NCBI RefSeq assembly: GCF_001194135.2
Contig: NC_068991.1
Location: 43,359,062 to 43,423,061, forward strand
DNA length: 64,000 bases
Direction: 5' to 3'
Origin: Octopus bimaculoides
Taxonomy: Eukaryota
A program made the translations under genes and the position numbers. Positions 12,601-26,846 of this stretch are shown one piece after another. The notes under the pieces are model-generated. The model saw only the letters and a program-made list of their open reading frames with translations. It made no database searches and was not told the DNA's origin. Position 1 is the stretch's first letter. Every line of letters starts with the position of its first letter.

Positions 12601-15246
12601 ATACTTTATGCTATACATAAACTGTTTTCATGAACAGGAACCCTGGAAATGTCCTCTAATGGGAATATAATAACTTAATCTAATGAAATTCATTGTGTAT
12701 TCTCCTACGACTGTCAAATTCACCTAAACTAAGAAATTAGTCATTGACATACTATGCCTAATTCAATCAACTTCATTCTTCTATAAAAAAAAAAAAATTA
12801 GATATTATGAAACATTAATTGTAGGTCTCTGACATTTGCAGAATTTTAATTGCCCTCAATTATCATTTATATATATATTTTCAACTTTGACTTACATTAA
12901 ATCTCTGCTCTTCATGAAGATATTCAAAGTCAAATGAACTCTAGTACTTGCCTTATAGTATTTAGTTACTCTCATTCTGTTGACTTAGGTCAACAAAATA
13001 AGAGATGTAATAAATAGAGTTGACTGCAGAAGTTTTATAACACAGTACAAAGCAAAATCCCAAAATATGTAATCCAACACAGTGTTATAATTGCTTCTAT
13101 ACTATGTTTCAGTTATTAAATTAACTGAACTGATGTATTTAAGTGAAAATATGTATACAATAAAAGATAATACTGAATAGCTGCTTTTTGATCATATTTC
13201 TAATAGCTCAGATTGAAACTATTCAAAATATCAGTTTAAACAGTTAAGAAAGCACAAGAAAGCATTTTCTAAATTACTCAAATTCCTAAAGCATTACAAA
13301 GAAGCAGAACTAACTTCAAACTATGAGAATTAGAAAATGCATTATTAAGAAACTTTGTTTTGAAAAGTAATATATAACATTTAGTGTACAACTCACCTCT
13401 CTCAAAGTAGCAAGGGTCTTCTTGTTTACAAGAAGTTGCTGCTGCAAATCTTTGTTTTCTTTTTCAAACTCCCGTATCCGCTCATTAGCATCTTTGTTTT
13501 TATCAAGGGTCTTTTTTAAAGCTTTATAGTCTTTCTCAAGAATATTATGCTTTGAGGTGATTTCATCTAAGTGAGCTCCAGTAGCTTCTAGAACATGTTT
13601 GAGCTTTTTATTTTCTTTCTCAAGGGCTGATTTGTCCTTGTTTAATTTAATTATCTCATTATCCAACTCTTTATTTTCTTCTTCTTTGTTTTCCAGTTTC
13701 TTACAGGAAAGTTTCAAACTCTCGATGGAAATTTGTAGCTTTTCATTTTCAACTTCCAAGTCATTGTTGTCCTTCTCCAACTGTTGCAAACGCCGGGTGG
13801 TCATCTCTAACGTTTTCTGAAGCTTCTGGTTCTCATTGTCCATATCTAATACATCCATTTCCATCTGTTCATATTTGACCCGTTCAATTCGCTGAGACTC
13901 AATGGTTTTCTTTAATTGCTGAATTTCCCGATTTAGTTCATCTTTCTCATTATCCAATTCTAGAACTTTGTCTGTTGCACCTTTTAATGACTCTAGAGTC
14001 TTTTGTAGTTTCTGGTTTTCTAAAGTTAACGAAATGTGTTCTTCAATAAGCATTTCTTGCTTAGATAAAGATAACTGAAGACTTTCAATGGTTTTGTTTA
14101 GTTTTTTGTTTTCTATTTCTAAGCGAGAGTTATCCTCTTCTGTAGTTTCATATTTATCACAGGCAAGCTTTAGAGTGCTGACTGCATTCTTCAAGTCAGA
14201 ATTTATACGCTCTAAACTAGTGTTGGAATGTTCGAGCTCATTCAGTCTTTCACAGTTAGCTTTCATTTTGTCATTAGCCCTTTGAAGCTGTTGATATTCA
14301 AAGTCTAATTTTGAAATTCTGGCAGCAGTTTCTGAAACTTTGTCATGGAGATTTTTATTTTCTTTTTCAAGTTCCTTCACTCTGCTATCATTTGATTTTT
14401 CATTTCTCTCACGCAGTGAAGATATTGTTTCAGCTAAATGTTCTTTTTCTCTTTTAACCTCATTCAGCTGTCTTTCAGTATTTTCTTTGACAGTTTCAAT
14501 CATAAGCAAAAGTTTCTCCTTCTCATCAGCAAATTCTTTTGTTTTCTGTTCTAACTCTATACACCTCTCTGATTGTGACTTCATCTCTCCCTGCAAAGAT
14601 TCAACTTTTTTAGAAAGTCGCTTATTCTCTTTCTCTTGTTCCAAATTTAGAGCACTACTTTCTAATAAAGAATTTTCTCTCAGTTCTTCGATCTTTTGCT
14701 GAAGTAACTGATTTTCTAATTCTAGTCGAAGAACTTTGGCATTCGAAGTTTCATTCAGCTGGTCAGACAGACTGATGCCTAAAGAAAAGTAAAAGTTGGA
14801 AAACAATATATTAGATCAATAAGGTTTATAATTCTATTAAAGGATTTTGATAGAGACACATTTTCTAATTACTAAAAACATGTCATATTGAACTCAAGTT
14901 TTTATTACTTTCTATAATTAATAACATTAAAGTTTACTGTTGTATACTTATTTAGTCAGTGATACTCTACTGTACCTGAAGTAAATGACCAGTTTATTCA
15001 ACATAGGTGTATAAAAAAGCAACAAAAACCTGATACTATCACAATCAAAGATAAGTAAAAGCAATAGTATGTGTAAGAGTTCTATAAATACTGAGAAATA
15101 TTTTAAACTTTATATAATGAAAATATTTTCTTCCTCTGTGTAAGGTGAGGAAATAGAAAACTTACTTTATGGGGAGTGGAACAGAAAATTTCAATAATAC
15201 ACAATATGAAGACTGAAATGTATACAAATAAACTTGGAGAATTACA

Positions 15247-15297
<51 letters not shown>

Positions 15298-18200
15298 CAC
15301 ACACCTATACACACTGAGTAGGATCTATAGTTATGTGAAAATAAAGAATGGAAGAAGAGAAATGAAATACTTAATACAAGTGATATTTGATTGTCAAGGT
15401 AAATTTAAAATAAAGAGGACATGAGAAAAATGTAATAAAAGAAAAGCTAGTAATAGCTAACAAAGGAAAACTACACAACCAGTTTTGGATATGAGGAAAT
15501 GACAATAAATAGTTTGATTTATTCAACATATAAGCGTGACAAAACACAACCACCATAGTGACTTTTAGGTAAAATAATACTAGCGATCCCTCTAATCCAA
15601 AGTCATGTATTTTAGTCCACCACCTAGTACTATATTACTATAGACGAAGTATTTTGTTTGGACTTGATATACTCGAACAGAAAGATAGGTGTCACTTTCA
15701 TGTCTCATAGTTGAATGATTAGGAATACCAAAAGCGCCCAAGTGTAAACAAAAACATTTCCTCTAATAATTCATACAAATATACACATATATTGCTTGTA
15801 CACCACTCAGTCTATACTCACAGGGATAAATAAGAAATATAATAATTAGAGAAATGTAAATTATTTTATTCCCACCAGAAGTCCTCGTGTGTGCTTCTTC
15901 AAGTTCCTTCTCAAGAGTAGTGTTTTGTTGGAGTCGATTTTTTTTCTCAAATTCTAACAAGGCATTTTCTTCCGTTAATACCCGTACCTTCTCTTTTTCA
16001 GTATCAAGTTCCTGAAAATGTAAGGTTATAAAAATGTTGAATTATGAATTCTCTGAACACATTATTGTAAAAAAATTAGCAATTTAAATTACTAAAATAG
16101 TTAGAATTTTTATTATTAGTAAGATTTTCTATCACTTCAAAATAATATTTTAAAAATTACCTAGAGACTCTAAAGAATAGAAGTCACTTTATTTGAAACA
16201 TCAAGATCTCTTCACTCTTCTGAACTGAAGTACATAAGATCTTGACAGAATGAATACAGGGGTACTTTTTCAAACTGAATTTAAAAGTTATATTAATACC
16301 TATGATGGCATTTTCATTTACAAGTAGGTATTAATATAACTTTTAAATTCAATTTGAATAATTACCTCTGTGTTCATTTTGTTAAGATAGACTTTTAGTT
16401 GATAAACATTTATTTGGTATAATACAGCAAGAAGACTGCTAGCAATTGTATACTATTTCATACTACTACATTGATATTATTACTATCGCATTGGTATTTT
16501 AATAATACCGAACAAATTATATTTTAGAAATGAAACTGAGCAGTAGTAATAGGTTTCTTATAAAAATTTTATTTGCAAAACAAGGTTGATAAAGTAGTGC
16601 AAAGAAAGCAATAAGAAAAGCAACATCTCACATGCAGTTTGAGCTGCTATTATAATTTAGTGAGATCCTCAAAAAGTGTCTTTATTTTAACAGGTAAAAA
16701 ATGACAAATCTGCATACAGGGCCAACAATTTCAGGGAAGGGGATAAGTTGATTACATCAACTCCAGTGTTTAACTGGTACTCATTTAATCAATCCCAAAA
16801 GGATGAAAGGCAAAGTCAATCTCAGTAGCATTTGAATTCAGAACAAAGTCAGAAGAAAGGCCACTAAGCAGTTTTTCCAGCACAGTGATGATTCTGCCAG
16901 CTCGCCACCTTACATATAGTAAATATTAAACAGAATTGATTTAATTGCAGTGGAGGTGGGGGGTGGCGGGTTGGTTGTTATGTAGGTTGATCTACATAAA
17001 TTAGCAGCCAAACCTATTTCAAGGAAAACTCTTTAATGAAACAATAATGCTCACAGGCTAGAATATTGTATAACTATTCTAAGAGAGTCAACACATGCCA
17101 ACTAACAACTGTAACTGAAAAGTTGAGATCATTTTATAAAAAGGCAAAAAAGTTTAATAATTAACAGATGAGACAATTAGTGTAAGAATTTTAGTTGAAG
17201 ATTTTATTGTGTTATGGAAAATACTGAAAAAGATTGTACAGAAGAAAAATTTTAATTGGTGTACATTGTAAGCTCTGATAATGAAATTCTAGATAAACAT
17301 ACTGTAATAAAACTGATATTCAATATAGGTAAGAAAGAAAACCACACTATAAATTTGTAAGTGAGTGACTTATAAACATAATTGTATAACTGGATTGATT
17401 TTTGAAGTTTTCAAAAAACTTATTCAGTAACAATAAATTCATATATACTGTAAGTCTAAGATGGTGGACCACTGACTATACAGTTAAGAATTCAATACCA
17501 AATACAGCTAGTGTCCCCAACCCTACTCAACACAATACTCAGCTTGCTGACTCTACAAAATCAAAAAAAAAAAATAGAAAGGTATAACATTTCACAGTAA
17601 TGTATTTAGCACTAAGAGGAGTATCTAGTGAAAAAATTCAAAACCATACCACAATACAAGGGGAAAATAAATGAAAAATTAAGAAAAAAATTTTTTTTCC
17701 TGGTTATATGCTACACATGTATATAGCAGGGCGAGTTGAAAAGTTTATAGGCTGACTATAAAGAAGTGATGCTAGAGCTCTGAAATCTTGCATGCATTTA
17801 TTCAGCTCTTCTTATTAATAACTACATCATTTCTTTTGGGGTAAACTGATATCTGACTGTTCAAAGAAGACTTAAAAAATAACTAGTAGTAACTTCTCTT
17901 AAAAATTGACTAAATTTGGCATCATAGTGTTATCAAGTAGTTGGAGAAAAAAGGTTTATCCCCCAAGGACATTCATACTGACATAGTTGCAAAATTAAGG
18001 GATGACACTTCAGTTTTATCAACAGTAGAAAAGTGGGTAGCCGAATTTAGGTGGGGAAGAAAGAGTCTGAATATGACCTAAGGTTGGGGCATCCTGAAAC
18101 TGCTACCACTGAGGAAAATGTTGATTGTGTTTATCATATAGTGATGGATGACAAGCAACTTACTATAAATCAAATAGCCAATGCTATTAGTATATCTTGT

Positions 18201-21125
18201 GAGAAAGTTGAGAATATTCTGCACAATGAACATGGCATGAAGGTTTCTGCTAAGTAGGTGCCATGTCTTCTGATACCTGATCAAATGCACGTTAGGCTGA
18301 TCACATCATGGGAAAATCTGACAATGTTTGAGGCAGATCCAGCTGGTTTCCTAGAACATTTTCTAACCGAGGATGAATGCTGGCTTCATCACTTTGAGCC
18401 AAAGACAAAGAGACAATCCATGCAGTAGAAACACCCCTCCTCACCTGCTCCAAAAAAGACCAAGGTCATTTTATCTGCAAGGTAGGTGACAGCCTCAGGT
18501 TTTTGGGATGCAAAAGGCACTGTGTTTATTGATTATGTTCAAAATGGCCACACTGTCAATGGAGGGTACTACGCCAACTTGCTGAAGCAGTTATGAAAGG
18601 TTATCAAGACCAAAAGCCCAGGAAAACTGACAAAAGGGATTTTGTTTCAACAAGACAATGCTCCAGCACACATGTCTTTGCTTTCAATGGCTGTTATCTG
18701 TGGCTGTGAACTAGTTGATCACCATCCTTATTCTCCTGATTTGGCCCCTTCTGACTATAACCTGTTCCCCAACATGAAAAAACACTTGGCTGGAAACTAG
18801 TATTGCAGTGATGATAATGATATATCTGCTGTAGTTGACTTTTTTGACCAACAGGATGAAAATTTCTTCACCAATGGAAGCCAAGCATTGCAAAAGTGAT
18901 TAAGAAGAAAATTAGCTTAAATAAAATACAGTTAGAGTTTGTGTTAGGACAAGGAAAAATGAATGCACTCTTTTTCATGAGACAACTACAAAAGAAGGCC
19001 TTTGACAAGGTCCTATGCTCTATAGCTTGGTGATCACTAAGAAAACTAAGTATTGGTGAATGGCTTGTAAGAGCCATATACATTGATAATAAAGTCAAAG
19101 CCAGAAACAAGTTCAGTAAGAAATTTAGCATACAGGTAGGTGTTCCTCAGGACATGATTATCAGCCACTTACTGTTTATTAAAGTCCTCTTAATTATTAT
19201 AGAATATTTCAAGACTGGCTGTCCATGGGTATGCCTATAAGCTGATAACCTGGTTCACATAGCTGAATCAGTCAAAGAATTGAAGGGAAAGTTCCAGACA
19301 TGGCAGCAGAGCCTACAACCAGATAGCAAAAATAAAAGACTGACCAAGAGAGTATCTAACATTGCCATCTGGAAAATGGTGTTGCTTGATATACAGAAAA
19401 GAATATGAAGGAATTGGATATTATAAATCCAGTATAAATCATGGGTGCACAAAAGATATAATAGGATCATAGACAGTGTGACAGGAAAGAGAGAGACTTC
19501 ATATCTAGCAGATGTACCAGAGTAAATTAGTAGTATGAACAACTGTGAAACAAATTATGTAAAATGCCTTAAAGCTTCTTAGAAGTAGTTCATAGCTTCT
19601 TTACCTTGGTGATCTAATTAGTAGTGCCAGTGGATGCTCTGAAAGCAGAGTAAGCAGGGTAAAAACAGGATTAAAATAATTTAGGGGGCTATCATATGTT
19701 TGCAATAAAGGAATTTCTTCAAGTGAAGGACAGATTCTATGACACTTGAGTTTGAAGTACAATATTAATTGTAGCAAAACATGGGCTCTGAATGCAGAGG
19801 ATGTGCAAAGGCTAGAAAGAAATGAGTGTGCTTGGCTGGATATGCAACAATAATGGGCACGAACAATGAAGCAGAAATGAGCTGAGAGAAAAATTGGATA
19901 TAAGAGGAATCAGCTGTTGCATGCAAGAGAGGAGACTGTCGAACAGTACTGGCATGGCCATGCGATACATAAGCAATATGGCAGTTGAGTAAAGATGTAT
20001 CAAACAAACAATGTGAGAGGAACTTGTGAAGAACAAAGGCTGGAGAATAAGTGGTAATGGCTGATCTCAGACAGTTAAATCCCACAACAGACTGCAATAA
20101 GTGGCAATACTTTGTGCTGGAGAAGCTTCATTCAATGTATGTAAACATGAAAAAGAATCCCCTTTTCTTAAGTACAACAGAATTATGTCAGAGTATACTT
20201 TAATTTTGGAAAAAACAATAAACTACAATTAAAATGCCAACATTTTTTTTCCTGGTTACAGATTTAATTATAGCAGCAATCAGATTGTAATAAGCTTGTT
20301 TGCAAGATAAAAGACTGGCAAGGTTTGAATATGCTTTTCTACTTTTTTGATGAAAGTCAACTGGCTTCAACTAAAAAAGAGATTAATAACGATTTCAAAA
20401 TGAAGGCACTGGAGCTAGTAAAACTGGTGGTTTTACTGCATTTAACTTGACATTTGCCACTCTGATTTAAAATGCTATAAGGGTCAATATCAGATTCAAA
20501 ACACTCCTGAAGTGACAACAAATTTTATTATCATACTGACCAGAGTCAGCTCTTGCATTTGATTTTTACACTTCATCAAGTCCCTTTCTAATTCCTTCAC
20601 AGCATCCATACGTTTGTATGTGTTGCTTATTTGTTCCTCAAGCATAGAACGAGTTTCCACCAAAATTCTGTTATCTTCCTTAAGTTCCTAAAAGTAAAAT
20701 AAAATAGAATCATTAAAACAGATAAAAGAAATAATTTAACTTGAAGTCTGAATGGTTACTAAAATATTTGAGGAATGTGGACAAAAATTTCAAAAAAAAA
20801 AAAATCATAAAGAGGAATTGTTTTCATTAATGTGTTTGAGGAAGAGATGCATAGCACAGAACCTGTTTGTGGTCAATGGAAACATAGAATAGATGGTTAA
20901 ATTAGTTTCATTAACATAGAGTTGTAAAAATTGGAGGGTCATGCTGAAACATTCTAATAAGAGCATAATCAAGTGAAAGGCTCTCACAATGAAGAAACAC
21001 ATTTAAAGTTTAGTAGGGAGAGGGGTATCTTTTGTGGATAAGATGGAGAGGTCATAAAAAGAAGAGTAGTGGTTGGAACAGATTATTTTCAAAAGTGGTG
21101 TAGTACAGCCTAAATGTGTGCATGG

Positions 21126-21199
<74 letters not shown>

Positions 21200-24100
21200 T
21201 CATATCATTTTAAAAAGATGTGATCCTTTCTGATGAAATCACCCAGAAAAAGAGTTTGTAAGAAAAAGTTTTTAACAAAAAAAAAAAAAAAATTAAACTT
21301 CAATTAGGATTGTAGTTATTGAATTTATTAATAGATAAATGTTGCCATGTGGCCTAACATACTTCTTGCAGTGAATTTAAAGGAGTTTTAATCAACTGAA
21401 ATGAAATCCATAAGAAAAGTCAATTTTCTACAAGAAAGGCAAAGGAGAGGAGGACTCCAAATTTGAAAGAGGTTGGAAATTAAATGAAGACATGCAGTAG
21501 GTATGTAAATCTGATACTTGGTGAATATGGTGACAATTTTGGGCATATTTCAGTCTCCTCCTTAGCAAAGTATAACCAGAAGAATCAATTACCAGATCAC
21601 AGAACAACTGAGAAGTTATAGTTTTTACATGAAGAGTTTTCACTCATTGGGCAATACTGGAAAATGTCTTAAGAATGCCTGCAGCAAGAAGCTCATATAG
21701 TTAAGTCATTTCAGCTGTAATTATCCCATCTCCTTGTTTCTTTTTATACATCTTTATCCAATGTGTTTATTTTTCAAAGACAACCATGTGATTGTAGGGT
21801 AATTTGGTTGCTATTTCTAGTGGGTTGAGCGATCATGCAGATGCACCTTCATTAGCTCATGGTATGCTTTCTTTATATCACAGTTGGAAACTATTCCTGC
21901 TTCATTATTTACAGTTTTGTAGAAGTGTTTCATATATACTGCATTGGGATTTTTAATGTATCTGGATTTTAATGCAGAAGAGTGATTTTTATTTGTCATC
22001 TCTTTAGAACTAAGTAAAAACTTGTACAAGTAACATACTAAAGTTCAGCCAATCATCTATATGCTCCTCTTTTGCAAAGAAAACAACAAAGAACATTTTG
22101 CTAACTATTAATAAGGCAATATTAATGAAAAATTAAAATTAACAAGGCAAGGACTTTTAAAAAAAATGTTCAGTCTGCCTGTGAAGTTTAGATTCCATGA
22201 CTTGATGTGGGTTACATTTTGGAGTGGAGATAAGGTTAATTTGCAAAGTCTGCTTTATGATATTGTGGCAGCAAACCTACATGGGATTTTATACCATAGA
22301 TAAAATCACTTAGTGCAGAGGAGGGACCCTTTGATTCCAAGCAGTAGTTGGCAGTAGTACTTACAATGTTAACTTTAAACTCCAAGTCTAATATTAACCT
22401 TGACTCACTGCTTGCTACAAGATACTGAAAACTTAGTTACAGATAAGAAAACAATCTTGAAATTATGCTAAGTTATATTTTTATAACAATATTCTTTTTC
22501 TCCAAGTAAAAAGATATTTTACTTACAGTTTTTAGAACAATAGATATAATTATACTCACATCGATTCTAGATCTACAGAACTCCAACTCGTTGAGCTTTT
22601 CCTTGTATTTTAAGATTTCATTTTCATAGCTTTCCACCTTGACAGCCTGTAACAAAATTAGAATGAGTTAATTAAAATACTATGTAATTTGAGATTTATT
22701 ACTAATTGTCTATATTCCACATCTAGAATTAGCCCAAATTCCATAAAGAAATATATTCGATGCTTTATGCTGTCTAGTTTAGAAATTCAATTTCTGAGTT
22801 AAATTATTTTCAGCTTGATTTTATACCTATGGATTGATAAATGTTAGTATGAGTAACATGTGTTCAAATCAATAATGATTTCTATTGAAAAAGAGAAATC
22901 ATACAATATTTAGAAAGAACATACAAAAATTGATGCAAATGTCCAAATATACAGTACCATTAAAGTTATTGCAATACATATGTATGCTCACAGTACAGAT
23001 GTACTTGTGCTCATTCTCTTACACACAGTTCTTACAAATAAGAATTTTCAAAGTGAAAATTCTACACATGGTCTAAATGGGTATTAAGACGGTAAAAATA
23101 ATCAAGGGAGAAACTTGCTGCATTGGATGGCAAGCTTCCCCTACCTGAGTTAGTTAATTGCTACACTTGCCCATCCATTTCAGGTAATGCTGACTGTCTG
23201 TAGGTCATCTTGAAAAGTAATATTTGGCTGACCTATTTTATGCTCGTGTTCAGGTGGTACCCAAGTATTGATTGTTTTTGAGTGCTGTTGATCAGTTAGA
23301 CAGAGAATGTGGTCAATCAGACAGAATTAGCGCTCTGCTACAATCTCTTGTAGTGGTTGTGAACTCACTCTTCTCAGATCTCATGTATGACATGTTCCTA
23401 GCAGTTGACTCTCAGGATCATTTTGAGACACCTTTGATGGAATCCATTTAGTTTTTAATCCAATTTTACTGTGCTCCTCCAAGTCTCATTGGGATTATTC
23501 CTAGGGAATTATTACCTTATTGAAAACAGGTGAGGGTTGGTGACAGAGAGAGCATCTGGTCATAGAAAGTGTGCCTCAATGAATACTGTCTGACCTATAC
23601 AAACATGGGGAGGCAGACATTAAAATAACAATGATGAAGACATCACCATCATCATTTGATTATTTAAGCTATATCATTATCTTAAAAGACATAAAATTTT
23701 AAATTTTCTCTGTTAAATGTTTGTTGATATGTTTTCTAATAATCCAATTATTCAAAAACCCAGGCAACAGTTTTTATTCAAAATACTTCAAAAACATGAT
23801 AAATGTGCCCTCCATACTTTTTTCTTTTTTTTTTTGTACTTATTTGTATTACTACCTCACCGACGTCATGCCAAAATCCCTCACTCCTACTCAAATATGT
23901 AAAATGGCTCTAAATTAGTTTTCACAATGAGTATTCATTTGTTTGATTATCTGAACTTTCTGCTGATTGATTGTTAAGTGACCGAGCATAATTCTTAGAT
24001 GGATTCAGTATGATACAGTGTGATAAGACTCAACTTTTAAAACATTAATACAATCCATTTGATAGATTTCTATGCAATTTCTGTCTTCCCAATTTCATTC

Positions 24101-24514
24101 ATAAAGCTATGTTATCTTATACAATATACCATATAATGAGATTGAACCTGAGATCACAGGATTGTGAAATGAACTTCATAACCAGTCGACCATACTGCAT
24201 CCGTACACACATACACAATGACTATTGATTCATTTCTTTTATCACTGCAATCAGTCACAAGAAACTTAAGTCAGTATTTAACATATTTCAGTTGTATAAA
24301 TATCTTATACTCAATGTCCTAACTTGGTATTTAGTTCTTAATTTACATTGGCTGTTCCAACAAACATACTATCATACACACAAACACACTCAAGGAATCA
24401 CTGCTGGTCAAGTCAGTTGGATACCAGCCCATTGCCTCACTGGCCTCATGATCAAAACAATCTTCAGTTTCTGCACGCACGCATGCACACACACACACTT
24501 AGAGAAATAAGGAG

Positions 24515-24589
<75 letters not shown>

Positions 24590-26493
24590 AAGAATATAAA
24601 TCTATAAATACATCAGACATGACAATTTATGCAAATGTTAGATTCTAATTCACCTAGCTGCTTCTTTAACACTTATTGATTCTATAAGGTCCCTGCTTGA
24701 CTTGTTAAGCACACTAACAATTATACAAAGACCATTTTTATAAAAGAATCCCCATACACATAATAAAATAGATCAATAGCTAAAATTTGGGACTTAGAAA
24801 TTTAGTATTCAACACATATATTCAGTTATTGAATAATGTTATGAAAAGCTGTAAGACATAGAGAGGCATTTTTAAAAAATTAATTTCACAGTCAAGTTGT
24901 TACAGAAAAGGTACATTACTTTATACAATGGGATGTAGCAATGCAGCCACATAAAATGCCTTCAGGAAAAATTTGTTCTATATTATTAATTCCTTTATTT
25001 AAATCCATTTACATCTGTTCTCCTCTAAAATATGGTAATTTGAACACTGCAGCACAATATTCTTGTTTCAAGCATTAGTACATGATTATTTTGAATCTAG
25101 TTTTCATCAAAGTAAACAACTGAAGGTAACATCTAGTCCAGAACACAATGTTAGGTCAGGCATTGGGTTTAAACTCAACATCTTAGCATTCTTCAAACAT
25201 GTCAAAGACAAATGATATATTTTATTTTCTTTTACTGTTTTATAACCATATTTTCCTGCAAAGTTAAGTTACGAATTTTTCAAATTTGTGGACCTTTGCT
25301 TATTGTCAGCTCTCCTTTCTATTGCTAACAATACAATTTTAAACTACAAGTTGTACCTGTTATCATTTAGACTTTAGTTGGTTTATGTGCTTTGTTTAAG
25401 GTATGTTTGCAGGTAAAAGTAAACTCATGATGAAAGAGGTTAAACAGATGAACACGTACAGTTATTATGTTAAACTCAGTTATAGTATTTGATATTCATT
25501 TTTAAAGAATTCTAGTTGAAACAGTAGAAACAATGTGTTTCTTCCATGAACATGGTGTCCATGATTTGATGAAACATCAGTTTTTTAATCAGGAGTCCAA
25601 GTCTCTCAGATTACTGATTCAGTAAACTGTCATAGTATTCTTACAGTAGAAGTTCTAACTACTAACCGTTTAACTGTTAAACAGTGGAAACTGTCAGCCA
25701 GGTAGACTAAGGCTTTAGAAAACATTTCAATATCTATAGTAAATATTAAACTCATGTTCAGTAAAATATAAAACTGAAAGTTGCTAGTTCAAGCTTAGTT
25801 CAACTTTATCGTTTGTAAAAATGCATATTTTTAGCTATCTCATGCATAGTGTATTCAAAGCAGTGAGTGTTCAGCAATATTACAAAGTTTTCAGCAACTA
25901 GGAGTTGTAATCTAGTCCCAATTTCTTATTTTATCATTTACATAAGTAATGTCTTTATAAATACTTGAAAACTCCAGCTTGCTTGTTATTTTTCTCTTAG
26001 TAAAAGAAAAGAAAAAAACTAGTAATTACCAGTAATATTAACTTATAACTAGCCTATGCCAGCATGAAAGGATGTTAAATGATGATGATAATAAATCTAA
26101 ACAGTATAGCTATAAAAAAAGGATAACATTCTGTATTAGATTTTTTTTTTAAAGTAGTAATTTATTATTCAGAACTGAATCATTTTCATTCACTTACTTT
26201 TTCCCTGAGCATATCAATCTCATCTCTGTAAGCTCTGGCTGTTTTAGCTTCTTGATAAATTTCATTATACTGAAAAGAAAGCAGTTAAAATAAATTTAAT
26301 ATTACAAATTAGAGGTATATATATATATATATATGTATATATGTGTGCGTGTGCGTGTGCGTGTGTGTGTGTGAGAGTAGGTATATATATGGGAGAATAT
26401 ACAAATAATAACAACAGACGAGGACAGGTGGTGTAAATAACAAAAGTATATATTAGTATATAGGTATATATATATACACATGTATATATGTAG

Positions 26494-26562
<69 letters not shown>

Positions 26563-26805
26563 AAAATAGATGTTTGTATTTTTCCCTTGTTTACAATTAA
26601 CACAGAAAAAATAAATAAACTGTTACTAGGGTAGCAAAAAATCACATAAGTAAAAAGGGTGTAACACCTTGTTTTTTACGGTAGAAACTCTGGGTTTATG
26701 TGAAATATTTTGTATAATATATATAGATAAATAAATGGAGTTAAACGCAGGTGTTATTCAAATTCTTTTACTTTTGAATAACACCTGCGTTTAACTCCAT
26801 TTATT

Positions 26806-26846
<41 letters not shown>

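Noticed and set aside
13316-13396. Hydrophobic 26-aa tail from donor read-through ([26 protein letters not shown]) as a membrane-anchored isoform
   Set aside because: The donor is a strong gtgagt, AT-rich introns routinely encode hydrophobic residues, and no nearby clear minus-strand poly(A) signal was seen.
13599-14702. Plus-strand ORFs 13599-13820, 14088-14285, 14340-14702
   Set aside because: Ser/Leu/Phe-rich shadow frames antisense to the Glu/Lys-rich Girdin exon.
24348-24620. ER-, SL-, YI- and HT-repeat ORFs (also 15103-15424, 21003-21203, 26265-26645, 52710-53243)
   Set aside because: Translations of dinucleotide microsatellites.
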